Shown here one piece after another: positions 1-9,226 of a DNA stretch of 59,043 bases (position 1 is its first letter; each line of letters starts with the position of its first letter). The stretch is from the NCBI GenBank assembly GCA_012735145.1, contig JAAYIA010000004.1, forward strand, positions 1 to 59,043, in the 5' to 3' direction. Source of the stretch: Clostridiales bacterium (GTDB lineage Bacteria; Bacillota; Clostridia; Peptostreptococcales; Anaerovoracaceae). The position numbers and the translations under genes were made by a program. Below the pieces are notes generated by a model that saw nothing but the letters and a program-made list of their open reading frames with translations, was not told the DNA's origin and ran no database searches.

Positions 1-1082
1 CGTGTGCCATTCTTTTGTTCCTGTGCCTGCTTACAATAGCAAACCTTTGTCTCTGTACCATTATACTTCTTAAGAAGGTCTTGCATTCTCTCGAGGTTAC
101 CTCCGCAAGCACACACCAGGATTCCTGTCTTAGCTCCATGAAGATCTAAGAAAGGAACTGTAACGAGTACTGCTCCTGTAGCCTTAGTTATAGGCTCATC
201 CAAAGTACCTGCTCTTCCTGTAAATGATCCACCAACAATGATTTCTCCGTATTCACCTTCTATTCCGCCTGCTCTTTCGATAAGAGCTGCAACGCTTGTT
301 CCGATTGGAACATTCTCGAATACGTGTGCTGCGTTTCCGCCTGTAATCTGTCCTCTTATTGTAACATTCTTGTCTATTAGCGGCTTCTGTTCCTCAATAG
401 CCTCAACACATGAGTAAACTGTTTCACTGTTAACAACTACAGCGTTTGCTGCTGATGGCAGTTTATCCGGCTCAAGCTCAATTCCAAGACATTCTCTGAC
501 TACAGCTCTTTCCTCTCCCATTGGATAGATGTCCGGAAGAAGATGTCTTTCAACTGAAGGCTCTTTTTTGAGAACTTCATCAAGAAGCTCAATTGCTTTT
601 CTATTCTTCTTCTTGATAGCGATAATTCCCTTATCAGCTCCTGCGATCTCCATAAGATACTTAACTCCTCTAACAAGAGTCTCCGGATCTTCTTCAATCT
701 GACGGATGTTGTGTTCAAGACCAGGCTCACACTCGGCTGCATTAACAAGAATATATCCATGGTCAAGATTAGCGTTGAGCTTGATTGCTGTAGGGAAGCC
801 CGCACCACCCTGGCCGATAACTCCTGCCTCGGCGATCATCTCAAGGTTAGTTCCCTTCTTAATCTTGACAAATTTGTCCGGCTGTTCTTCATCTGGCTTG
901 ATAATTATTCTATCATCGGTAATCTCTTCGACAACACCGTACACACTTGAATGAACGTTAGCACCAAGGCCGGTCGGAGTTGCAATAAGTGTGCCCTTCT
1001 TAACCTTATCGCCTACCTTTACAATCGGCTCACATGGTTTGCCAACCGCACCCTGCTTCAGTAGCATCTGAATGTTTTCCAT
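1..1082 (-). CDS. prdC: Proline reductase-associated electron-transfer protein PrdC (RnfC-like), N-terminal ~360 aa; the 3' end runs off the window
   Basis: Absent from the ORF track because it is open to the window edge. Manual reverse translation from the ATG at 1082 (RBS AAGGAGA upstream) gives MENIQMLLKQGAVGKPCEPIVKVGDKVKKGTLIATPTGLGANVHSSVYGVV...AGVIGQGGAGFPTAIKL...VNAAECEPGLEHN...ILVCACGGNLERM with no stop down to position 1. This is RnfC/PrdC-type architecture, and it sits divergent to a proline racemase. Confidence 0.7.
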   Translation of the reverse strand, partial: MENIQMLLKQGAVGKPCEPIVKVGDKVKKGTLIATPTGLGANVHSSVYGVVEEITDDRIIIKPDEEQPDKFVKIKKGTNLEMIAEAGVIGQGGAGFPTAIKLNANLDHGYILVNAAECEPGLEHNIRQIEEDPETLVRGVKYLMEIAGADKGIIAIKKKNRKAIELLDEVLKKEPSVERHLLPDIYPMGEERAVVRECLGIELEPDKLPSAANAVVVNSETVYSCVEAIEEQKPLIDKNVTIRGQITGGNAAHVFENVPIGTSVAALIERAGGIEGEYGEIIVGGSFTGRAGTLDEPITKATGAVLVTVPFLDLHGAKTGILVCACGGNLERMQDLLKKYNGTETKVCYCKQAQEQKNGT

Positions 1083-1402
1083 GTTCCTTTTCTCCTTAAC
1101 TCTACAACTTTTTTTCTTTTAAATATTATTTAAGCACCAAAAAACTACTTCTGTGCCTTGTTTACTATAACACTTTGTCTTATTTATATCAATAATAGTT
1201 CGTGAAGTTATATTCATAAACTCTATAAATTTTTGGTTTCTAAAGAAGTAATTTATCTATAATGCTTTTGCATTTTTTCTCACACAAATTATTATTATTA
1301 TACATTTTTTCTTAATCTTTTTTTCTTGACTTTTGATTATGACAACCATCTTATATAACTTGTTAAATGCACTTATTATAGCTACAATCAGATGTTAATT
1401 TC

Positions 1403-1432
1403 TTGACATTCTTTCGTAATATGCGTTATCAT
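1403..1432 (+). promoter_or_regulatory. Candidate sigma-A promoter for the proline racemase gene
   Basis: TTGACA (1403-1408), then a 17-18 nt spacer, then TTATCAT (1426-1432). It lies about 75 nt upstream of the ATG at 1508. A small GGCG...CGCC hairpin follows. Confidence 0.35.
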
Positions 1433-1507
1433 TACAGAGGTGAGGCGGAGCGATTCGCCATATATCAATAATAATTATGTGATTTACTTTTAAGGAGGTA
1501 ATTACCA

Positions 1508-2551
1508 ATGGCAAAGCATCTTGAAGCTAAGATTAATTATGATCTCTATGACAAACAAATTCTCAGAACCATCGAAGCTCATACAGAAGGTGAATATTGC
1601 AGAGTATCCATCGACTGCCCTGATGTTCCTGGAAGCACCATGATAGAAAAGAAGCATTACCTTGAGGAGCACTATGACTATCTCAGAACTATGCTTATGT
1701 TTGAACCTCGTGGACACCATGACATGTTCGGTTCATTCCTCTGCGAACCTGTTAACCCAGAAGCTGACTTCGGAGTATTCTTCCTCGATGGTGGTGGATA
1801 TCTGAATATGTGCGGACACTGCACAATCGGTTCCGTTACCGCTATCCTCGAAGGCGGACTCATGGAAATGAAAGAGCCTGAAACAGAAGTTGTTCTCGAA
1901 GCTCCTGCCGGAATCGTAAGAACCGTTGCACAGTGCAAGGACGGTAAGGTTACAGGCGTAACTCTGACAAACGTTCCTGCTTTCGTTTACAAGAGAGATC
2001 AGGTCGTTAATTACAACGGCAAAGATGTCGTATTTGACATCTGCTTCGGAGGATCTTTCTTTGCTCTTGTTGATACGGAGAAGAATTTTGGCCTTAAAGT
2101 TGGTGTTGATACAGCAAAATTCCTTACAGAATGGTCAAGCTTTGCTCTCCAAGAAATCAATAAACAGATTCCAATTCAGCACCCAACACTGGATATAACA
2201 TCAGTTGATTTGATTGAAAACTACTCAACAACAGATACCCCTGGTGCTGACCTAAGAAACCTCGTAGTATTTGGAAACCCTGCTAACCCTCAGCTCGACA
2301 GATCACCATGTGGAACAGGTACTTCTGCTAAGCTGTCACTCCTCTACGCAAACGGCGAACTCAAAATTGGTGATAAATTCGTTTATGAATCATTTATCAA
2401 AACTAAGTTCATCGGCGAAGTTAAAGAGACGACCAAGGTTGGCGAATTCGATGCAGTTGTTCCTATGGTAACAGGTGCTGCTTATCTCTGTGGCGAAGCT
2501 AAATGGTTCATGGATCCGGACGACGTTATGGCAAAGGGATTTGAAGTTTAA
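1508..2551 (+). CDS. Proline racemase / 4-hydroxyproline epimerase family protein (probably the PrdF-type proline racemase)
   Basis: 347 aa with both catalytic Cys motifs (LNMCGHCTIG and DRSPCGTGTSAKL). RBS AAGGAGG precedes the ATG. It is adjacent to prdC. Confidence 0.85.
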   Translation: MAKHLEAKINYDLYDKQILRTIEAHTEGEYCRVSIDCPDVPGSTMIEKKHYLEEHYDYLRTMLMFEPRGHHDMFGSFLCEPVNPEADFGVFFLDGGGYLNMCGHCTIGSVTAILEGGLMEMKEPETEVVLEAPAGIVRTVAQCKDGKVTGVTLTNVPAFVYKRDQVVNYNGKDVVFDICFGGSFFALVDTEKNFGLKVGVDTAKFLTEWSSFALQEINKQIPIQHPTLDITSVDLIENYSTTDTPGADLRNLVVFGNPANPQLDRSPCGTGTSAKLSLLYANGELKIGDKFVYESFIKTKFIGEVKETTKVGEFDAVVPMVTGAAYLCGEAKWFMDPDDVMAKGFEV

Positions 2552-2580
2552 TATTAGCAACAAACATTAAAACAACTTAA

Positions 2581-2613
2581 AAGCCGACTGCTTAGGCAGT
2601 CGGCTTTTCTTTT
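2581..2613 (+). terminator. Rho-independent terminator of the racemase gene
   Basis: Perfect 11-bp stem AAGCCGACTGC/GCAGTCGGCTT with a 4-nt loop, followed by TTCTTTT. Confidence 0.85.
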
Positions 2614-2674
2614 ACTCTAATTATATTAAAGGTCTTTGATAATAAATTGTCGGTGTATTCTTTGCAGTGCTTAC

Positions 2675-2703
2675 GTTGACTTTAAGATGAATTTATTGTA
2701 ATA
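2675..2703 (+). promoter_or_regulatory. Sigma-A promoter of tRNA-Arg
   Basis: TTGACT (2675-2680), a 17-nt spacer, then TAATAT (2698-2703). The tRNA 5' end is 17 nt downstream. Confidence 0.55.
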
Positions 2704-2719
2704 TATTTGGGTACTTATT

Positions 2720-2796
2720 GCGTTCGTAGCTCAATTGGATAGAGTGTCTGACTACGAATCAGAAGGTTCGGGGTTCGAGCCCCTGCGGACGCACCA
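2720..2796 (+). tRNA. tRNA-Arg (anticodon ACG)
   Basis: Cloverleaf read by eye: acceptor GCGTTCG/CGGACGC, D-arm GCTCAATTGGATAGAGT, anticodon stem TCTGA/TCAGA with loop CTACGAA (anticodon ACG), T-arm CGGGGTTCGAGCCCCTG, discriminator A and an encoded CCA. Confidence 0.9.
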
Positions 2797-2801
2797 TAAC
2801 A

Positions 2802-2830
2802 AAAACCCGTTATTTCTAACGGGTTTTTAA
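2802..2830. terminator. Bidirectional intrinsic terminator (tRNA-Arg on the plus strand, prsW on the minus strand)
   Basis: Stem AAAACCCGTTA / TAACGGGTTTT with loop TTTC, flanked by A and T runs on both sides. Confidence 0.8.
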
Positions 2831-2874
2831 TTTGTTCACCAATTTGCTTTATATTATCTTCTATATTTGCTAAC

Positions 2875-3597
2875 CTATTCATCCATAACACCAGTATAGA
2901 ATCCTGCTTTCTTATCTGCCATAGATAGTTTTCTTACTATTTTGATAGCAATCACATACATAATCAAGACAAATATGAGAAGCCCATATGCTGCCTCGCT
3001 AGATCTTAAAAATGCGAATGTATTGTAGACTCCATGTATAAACATTGGAACAACAAGTGCGAGTATAGTGTATATTAAAGACTTTCCTTTTTTGCCAATT
3101 ATCGAATTTTTCTTGGAGTATGAATAGAATGCCCCCATGGCAATTCCGCAAAATGCGTGAAGAGGAACCGCCGTGAAGGCTCTTACAATAGCCGTTTGCA
3201 TTCCGTATTGAGCTACGTATAGAACATTCTCGAGAACGGCAAACCCAATAGCTGCAGATACTCCATAAACAATCCCGTCAAACCTATAATTGAAATGCTT
3301 GCATTTCCACGTAGGAATTCTAAGTGCGATGAACTTTAAAATTTCTTCCCAAAAAGCTGCCAGTGCAAAGGCATTTATAAGTGCATATTCCAATGACCCT
3401 TCAGGATATACAGGGAGAAAATTGCTTGCAAAACTCTCTACATAACCGGCAATTATACACGAAATTCCGCCATAAAGAATTACCTTTATTATCATTCCTA
3501 TAGGCTCTTTTTCTACCTTATCTTTGATATATACATATATCACTATCAGTAGCCCCGGAATTATTGCCAAAGCTGTGAGTTGATTGTTTAAGTACAT
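2875..3597 (-). CDS. prsW: PrsW-family intramembrane glutamic metalloprotease
   Basis: 240 aa, polytopic, with the signature FWEEILKF (EExxK) and FIHGVYN (HxxxN) motifs. Confidence 0.75.
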   Translation of the reverse strand: MYLNNQLTALAIIPGLLIVIYVYIKDKVEKEPIGMIIKVILYGGISCIIAGYVESFASNFLPVYPEGSLEYALINAFALAAFWEEILKFIALRIPTWKCKHFNYRFDGIVYGVSAAIGFAVLENVLYVAQYGMQTAIVRAFTAVPLHAFCGIAMGAFYSYSKKNSIIGKKGKSLIYTILALVVPMFIHGVYNTFAFLRSSEAAYGLLIFVLIMYVIAIKIVRKLSMADKKAGFYTGVMDE

Positions 3598-3843
3598 ACT
3601 TATTTGCCTTTTCCCTTTTTTCTGTTATCTATAAAACCTTTTAGCGATTGATGTTTCGATAGAAGCGATATTGTTTTGATTTTAGCATACCTATAGGTTG
3701 TTTAGATAGCTCTTAATTTTAAGAATTATTATCATGATTTATAGTGTATAATATTCTTAACTTAAAGTTTTATATACTATAAACGATATTAAGAAGCATA
3801 TCAGAATAAGCATCGGCGTATTTGAAAAATAAAGAGGTTTTTT

Positions 3844-4809
3844 ATGGACAGGATTGCAGTATTAACAAGTGGAGGAGATGCTCCCGGGATGAATGCGGCT
3901 ATACGTGCTGTTGTGCGTTCGGGAATATCTTCGGGAATGTCAGTATATGGCTCTCGCCAGGGATATGAAGGCCTTATCAATGATGAGATTTTTGAGCTTA
4001 AATGGTCTGACCTTGGTAACGTACTTCATACGGGTGGAACAATCCTTGGAACTGCACGCTCCGAGAGGTTTTTTGAAGATAAGTGGATAGATAAAGCAGC
4101 TGACAATCTGAAAGCTCATGACATAAAAGATGTCGTTGTAATCGGAGGTGGCGGTAGCTTTAAGGGTGCCGTGCGTCTTGCACAGCGAGGGATTTCTGTT
4201 GCTTGTGTTCCTGCAACGATTGACAACGATTTTGGATATACGGATTATACGATTGGCTTTGATACAGCCGTAAACACTGTTTTATCAATCATATCAAAAA
4301 TTAGAGATACATCGTCCTCCCATGGCAGAACAATTATAATTGAAGTGATGGGAAGAACTTGTGGCGATATCGCACTATCCGCAGGCCTTGGCGGTGGAGC
4401 AGATGTAGTTCTTGTTCCTGAGATTTCTATGAATATTCAAGAAATAGTTGACAGGGTACGAGAAGGACAGGCAATCGGTAAACTTCACAATATAATTGTG
4501 AAATCTGAAGGAGTAGAGATTCCAACAAATGAACTTGAAGAAGTGATAGAAGGCGTTACAGGTACAGAAACAAGGTCTGTGGTTCTCAGCTATATACAAA
4601 GAGGAGGAAGTCCTACCGGGAGAGATAGGACCCTTGCAAGCCTTATGGGAGCCGAGGCCGTAAAAATTCTACAAGAAAATTCTAATCCAGTAGGAATAGC
4701 TGTAGGTATACATTGTGAGGCAATAATATCAGTACCTCTTCAAGAGGCAATTGATAAAGCGCCTATATTTCACAAAGAACTGTACGACCTAGCTTTCATG
4801 CTCAGTTAG
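3844..4809 (+). CDS. pfkA: ATP-dependent 6-phosphofructokinase
   Basis: 321 aa. N-terminus RIAVLTSGGDAPGMNAAIRAVVR, plus IGGGGSF, PATIDND and MGRTCGD motifs. Confidence 0.95.
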   Translation: MDRIAVLTSGGDAPGMNAAIRAVVRSGISSGMSVYGSRQGYEGLINDEIFELKWSDLGNVLHTGGTILGTARSERFFEDKWIDKAADNLKAHDIKDVVVIGGGGSFKGAVRLAQRGISVACVPATIDNDFGYTDYTIGFDTAVNTVLSIISKIRDTSSSHGRTIIIEVMGRTCGDIALSAGLGGGADVVLVPEISMNIQEIVDRVREGQAIGKLHNIIVKSEGVEIPTNELEEVIEGVTGTETRSVVLSYIQRGGSPTGRDRTLASLMGAEAVKILQENSNPVGIAVGIHCEAIISVPLQEAIDKAPIFHKELYDLAFMLS

Positions 4810-4837
4810 ATACATGTCTGATTATATTTTTTTATAA

Positions 4838-4877
4838 AAAAAGGTTTTCATTACAACAAAATGAAAGCCTTTTTTAT
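4838..4877. terminator. Bidirectional terminator between convergent pfkA and fbp
   Basis: Stem AAGGTTTTCAT / ATGAAAGCCTT (one G-U pair) with a 9-nt loop. An A-run precedes it and a T-run follows. Confidence 0.75.
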
Positions 4878-4917
4878 TACAAACAACTGATAACCTTACC
4901 AGCTTAATATATTCTTG

Positions 4918-5013
4918 CTATAATTTATTTCTGTTGTTTTTCATCAAAAGAAGTAAATACCACAAACACAGCGCGCTTAATACTCCTCCCAAAATTTTAG
5001 GCAACATCTCCAT
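4918..5013 (-). CDS. Possible 31-aa hydrophobic micro-protein downstream of fbp
   Basis: MEMLPKILGGVLSALCLWYLLLLMKNNRNKL, a single TM helix. An SD-like AGGCGGTGA lies about 6 nt upstream of the ATG at 5013. The longer 61-aa track ORF overlaps the fbp 3' end and is less plausible. Confidence 0.25.
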   Translation of the reverse strand: MEMLPKILGGVLSALCLWYLLLLMKNNRNKL

Positions 5014-5032
5014 TTTTTCACCGCCTTTCCAA

Positions 5033-6982
5033 TCAGTAAACTTCTTTGATTTTTCCGCTTTTGAACTCGTCGTATAAAGCTTCAAGATCGGATATTTGTC
5101 CACGAAGTTCCGCTCCGGTATCCGTATCCCTTATTCTCAATCTTTCTGCAACCGTGTCTACCAAATGCATTACAGGTTTGTGGAACACTTGTGTGCCATC
5201 ATCCTGTAACGGCTCATATGGCTTATGCTCGGCTATATAGGTGTGCTTTGATGTGCATATAGCGGTATATCCGGCTATCCCTGTAGTCTTCTGATATGCT
5301 TTGGAAATACCTCCATCAATTATAAATATCTTCCCTCCGGCCTTGATTGGTGATTCTCCATCTTTTAATTTAACCGGAACATGTCCGTTTAGAATTTTCC
5401 CAATTTCCGGCTTGAGCCCAAAATCCTCTAAAATTCTATTCGCAAGATTTTCATCGTTGATATATTTATAATAAGGAATTGTATGTTCCTTGTGTGTAGA
5501 CTTATCCTCTATAAAATATCTTTCGAAAGTTGTCATCTTATCCTTACCAAATAGAGGAGAATCTTCTGATAGCCATAAGTACCACAAGAAGCCTGCCTCT
5601 TCGGCGCTGGTCTTACCGAGTGGCATATTATATCTTGCAGCCCTTATCATCTCATCCAGCTTCTGCATATATCTAGCACCTTTATAGGTCCGACCATCTA
5701 TTTCAACATCCTTAAAACTTCCATCCTTATTCAAAATCATACAACCGTGATAAAACAGATTACCATTACTTATCTTGTAAAGTGCTCCACAGGAATAAAG
5801 GTAATCGATATGTCTTTGAAGCTTCTCTGAATTGATTATTGATGACTCCAAAGCCACCATAACCTCCTCTTCTTCTTCGGTCAACTTATAAGGGTTGTTT
5901 GGATCTAATGTAGGAAGATTGATATCCCGCATAGTATGCTCCACACCCTCTATTATTACCGTTCCTTTTTTCAAGTCTATATTTTCAAGTAAGTTTCTCT
6001 TATCCAGATTATATTCCGGATGTGCTATTATCTCTTGACCTTCAATCTTGAACTGTATTATTGATATCATCTTGTGCATCTTAGATGCAAGTTCTGTGGG
6101 TATCGGATCAAAACTGTTTGTTTCTAATATGTTTGGCTGGAAAAACTCGCAAGGGTCATCTTTGTAGATTTTTTCGGCTAATGTTGCGAGTGGTCTCAGA
6201 TTGATTCCATACCCTACTTCAAGCATATCAAAGTTATTGTAGCGAACATTTATCCTTATCATAGTCGCAATGCAGGCTCTGTTTCCGCAAGCTGCACCCA
6301 TCCATAATATATCGTGGTTACCCCACTGAATATCCACTCCGCGACTGGACATTAGATATTCCACAATTAGGTCTGACTTAGGGCCTCGGTCAAATATGTC
6401 TCCAATAATATGAAGCCTATCAACTGTCATATTGCTAATCGCATCTGTCATATCTATTATGAAGCTTTCAGCAGATTCGTAGGCTATGATAGACTCAATA
6501 ATTTCATCATAGTAACGCTGTCTGTCTTCGGCATCATCAGCAAACAAAAGCTCATCCATAATATACTCAGACTCTTTTGGCAGGCTTTTTTTCACCTTGG
6601 AACGCGTATACTTACTTGACACCTTACGGCAAATCAAAACGAGTCTTTGTATTGTGATTCTACACCACTCATCGAAATCTTCTTCGCTCTTATGTCTTCT
6701 GGCTATTTCAGAATCCGGATTATATATAAGCGAAGCCAGGTCATCGCACTCCTTCTCACTGAGTATATCTCCAAAGGTTTCATCTATACGCATGCGAATC
6801 ATTCCCGAACCACTTCTCACAAAATAGTGAAAAGCTTCATATTCTCCATGTATGTCACTAAGGAAAAACTCTGTTGCCTTTGGTAAGGCAAGAATTGCCC
6901 TCAGGTTAATAATCTCCGTTCTTACAGCTCTTCTATTCGAATACTTCTCTGCAAGAAGTCGAAGATATTGTATGTCCGGCAT
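5033..6982 (-). CDS. fbp: Fructose-1,6-bisphosphatase, class 3
   Basis: 649 aa, the Firmicutes class-III FBPase size, with metallophosphoesterase motifs (LSDIHGE, IIGDIFDRGP, GNHD). RBS GGAGGT. Confidence 0.9.
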   Translation of the reverse strand: MPDIQYLRLLAEKYSNRRAVRTEIINLRAILALPKATEFFLSDIHGEYEAFHYFVRSGSGMIRMRIDETFGDILSEKECDDLASLIYNPDSEIARRHKSEEDFDEWCRITIQRLVLICRKVSSKYTRSKVKKSLPKESEYIMDELLFADDAEDRQRYYDEIIESIIAYESAESFIIDMTDAISNMTVDRLHIIGDIFDRGPKSDLIVEYLMSSRGVDIQWGNHDILWMGAACGNRACIATMIRINVRYNNFDMLEVGYGINLRPLATLAEKIYKDDPCEFFQPNILETNSFDPIPTELASKMHKMISIIQFKIEGQEIIAHPEYNLDKRNLLENIDLKKGTVIIEGVEHTMRDINLPTLDPNNPYKLTEEEEEVMVALESSIINSEKLQRHIDYLYSCGALYKISNGNLFYHGCMILNKDGSFKDVEIDGRTYKGARYMQKLDEMIRAARYNMPLGKTSAEEAGFLWYLWLSEDSPLFGKDKMTTFERYFIEDKSTHKEHTIPYYKYINDENLANRILEDFGLKPEIGKILNGHVPVKLKDGESPIKAGGKIFIIDGGISKAYQKTTGIAGYTAICTSKHTYIAEHKPYEPLQDDGTQVFHKPVMHLVDTVAERLRIRDTDTGAELRGQISDLEALYDEFKSGKIKEVY

Positions 6983-6994
6983 TGTTACCTCCGA

Positions 6995-8269
6995 TTAGTC
7001 ATGATCTATTTTCATAATATCTGCGCCGATTGATTGAAACTTCTCTACAAAATTATCATAACCTCTTTCAATATGATATATCTCACTCACTTCCGTTGTT
7101 CCTGTCGCAACCAGGCCTGCAAGTACCATAGCAGCTCCAGCTCTCAAGTCGGTCGCCCTGACTTTAGCTCCGTGTAACTTCTTGCCTCCCGGTATGACAG
7201 CTTCTCTATTTTCTGTCGATATTCCGGCGCCCATCCTATTCAGCTCTACAACGTGCATGAATCTATTCTCGAATACCGTCTCTCTGACAAAGCTCTCTCC
7301 CTCAACTGTAGTAAGAAACGCCATGAAAGGTGACTGGATATCTGTAGGAAAACCCGGATAAGGAAGTGTTTTAATATCCGTAGCAATAAGATCTCTATTT
7401 CTTGCATCTACATATATCCCCTCAGGCGTCACATCAATATCAACGTTACATTCCTTGAGCTTCGCTATTATAGGTCTGACGTGGCCCGGCAAAGCATTCC
7501 TTATAAATAAATCGCCCCTGGTTATTGCTGCGGCAAGCATGAACGTGCCTGTTTCTATCCTGTCAGGAATGACCTCATGGATAGATCCGGAGAGTCTTTT
7601 TACTCCTTCAACTCTTATCATATCCGTACCGGCGCTTTTTATTTTCGCTCCCATCTTGTTAAGAAGATTGGCAAGATCGATGATTTCAGGTTCTTTTGCA
7701 GCATTCTCAATTATGGTTGTGCCGTTTGCCAAGGTTGCCGCCATAAGTATATTCTCTGTAGCTCCAACACTCGGAAAGTCAAGATAAATAACATCTCCCT
7801 GAAGCCCCGTCTCAGGTACGGTTACAATAACTCTATTGTTTTCATAATCCTCCGTAACCTCTGCACCGAGAGCTCTGAACCCCTTCAGATGAAGGTCTAT
7901 AGGTCTCTTGCCGATTGTACAACCCCCCGGAAGAGGCATTATAACTTTGCCTTTTCTCGCAATCAGTGGTCCCATTGTAAAAATAGATGCTCGCATAACG
8001 CCGACAAGCTCAGGATCTCCTTCCACCGATACTATATCTTCGGCGGAAACCCTAAGCTCATCTTTACTGCTATTATCCACCTTTGCACCGTAGCTACGTA
8101 ATATATCCTTCATAACCTTAACATCTACAAGATCCGGTGCTCCTTCGATGACGCAGGTATCTTTTGTAAGAAGTGTTGCTGCCATCAGTGGTAGAACCGA
8201 ATTCTTCGCACCGCTAACAGTCACTTCTCCATGAAGTGGTCCATTATTATTGACAAGAATTTTCGCCAT
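6995..8269 (-). CDS. murA: UDP-N-acetylglucosamine 1-carboxyvinyltransferase
   Basis: 424 aa: VSGAKNSVLPLMAA, active-site loop PGGCTIGKRPIDLH, and DLRAGAAMVLAGL. Confidence 0.95.
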   Translation of the reverse strand: MAKILVNNNGPLHGEVTVSGAKNSVLPLMAATLLTKDTCVIEGAPDLVDVKVMKDILRSYGAKVDNSSKDELRVSAEDIVSVEGDPELVGVMRASIFTMGPLIARKGKVIMPLPGGCTIGKRPIDLHLKGFRALGAEVTEDYENNRVIVTVPETGLQGDVIYLDFPSVGATENILMAATLANGTTIIENAAKEPEIIDLANLLNKMGAKIKSAGTDMIRVEGVKRLSGSIHEVIPDRIETGTFMLAAAITRGDLFIRNALPGHVRPIIAKLKECNVDIDVTPEGIYVDARNRDLIATDIKTLPYPGFPTDIQSPFMAFLTTVEGESFVRETVFENRFMHVVELNRMGAGISTENREAVIPGGKKLHGAKVRATDLRAGAAMVLAGLVATGTTEVSEIYHIERGYDNFVEKFQSIGADIMKIDHD

Positions 8270-8292
8270 TAATTCATCTCCTACAGTTTATT

Positions 8293-8823
8293 TCATGCAG
8301 CTTTAGCGGACTTCACAATTTTTGCTGATTTTCTTTGCTCTCTTCTCTCTTGTCTTTTTGCCTTCTTTTCTACCTTCTTAAGTTTGTGTTCGGCTTTTTT
8401 TCTCAGCTTGGCTTGTTTGTTGACTTTGCGAATTGTTTTTTTTGTCCTCTTTATTTCTTTCCGTGCCTTTGCTCTTTCTCTATTGCTGGCAATTACAGCA
8501 AGAGTCCCGCCTCTCCTGATTATATTCCTGCTAAGAAGACTTCCGAAATTCCATAGCATAAGTCCACCGGCTATTACCCCTATAGTTTTTGTTATAGGAG
8601 AAGTGTCAGAAACTATTGAATTTACGGCATTAAGAGCGCTTGCTTCTACTCTGTCTGCTTTAAGTTGAACCTCATCGACAAGATTCTTTCCTGCTTTTGT
8701 CAATTCCTTGATATTCTTAATCAAGCTAATTGCATGTATACCCATCTTCGCAAGGACTGATACAAACGCTATAAGCACGAGAATAAGGCAAATCACTAAT
8801 ATTTGATTAATCGTAATAGTCAT
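8293..8823 (-). CDS. DUF948-like membrane protein with a very basic Lys/Arg-rich C-terminal tail
   Basis: 176 aa: an N-terminal TM helix, a coiled region, a second hydrophobic segment, then RERAKARKEIKRTKKTIRKVNKQAKLRKK... Product is inferred from architecture only. Confidence 0.5.
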   Translation of the reverse strand: MTITINQILVICLILVLIAFVSVLAKMGIHAISLIKNIKELTKAGKNLVDEVQLKADRVEASALNAVNSIVSDTSPITKTIGVIAGGLMLWNFGSLLSRNIIRRGGTLAVIASNRERAKARKEIKRTKKTIRKVNKQAKLRKKAEHKLKKVEKKAKRQERREQRKSAKIVKSAKAA

Positions 8824-8844
8824 AATATACTCTCCTTGTTCTGT

Positions 8845-9120
8845 TTACTTTGTGCGTTTTTCAATTATTTTTTGCATCATTCCCAACCCTGTACTGGTAA
8901 ATCCGTTGACTTTTTCAGCGCTGCTCTTGACCTTATTCTCAATCTTGTCAATCGTTGCTTTGGCTCCTGCTGCGGCTGATGTACCACCGTCAAGGATATT
9001 ATTGGCTTTCTTGATTGTTTCTGTGAGATTCGATATCAATACTATCAAGAAAATAACCAGCACAATAAGTGCAATAAGTAGAACCCCAATCAAGACACCC
9101 TTCAAGCTAATCGTAACCAT
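8845..9120 (-). CDS. DUF948 (YtxG-like) small membrane protein
   Basis: 91 aa: an N-terminal TM helix followed by a helical region (NLTETIKKANNILDG...). RBS AAGGAGAAG. Confidence 0.5.
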   Translation of the reverse strand: MVTISLKGVLIGVLLIALIVLVIFLIVLISNLTETIKKANNILDGGTSAAAGAKATIDKIENKVKSSAEKVNGFTSTGLGMMQKIIEKRTK

Positions 9121-9226
9121 AAACTTCTCCTTCTCTCGTTTTCATCTCGGTATTTGAAGCTTCAATATTGTGATAATTATATCGGTAATAGGCTTTCCAT
9201 TCAAGATTTAGAATAGACTTTAAACA

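Noticed and set aside
1131-1159. Possible sigma-54 (-24/-12) promoter for prdC: minus strand AGGCACAGAAGTAGTT and TTGGTGCTTAAATAATAT
   Set aside because: The -24 GG is present, but the -12 GC is missing in both candidates (TAGT and TAAT instead of TTGC). The match is too weak to call.
7577-8101. A 174-aa plus-strand ORF, plus other 60-120-aa plus-strand ORFs inside murA, recD2, copA, the ABC genes and the DUF445 gene (e.g. 35381-35872)
   Set aside because: All are antisense to genes with strong family motifs, and their translations are low-complexity. I treat them as frame shadows.
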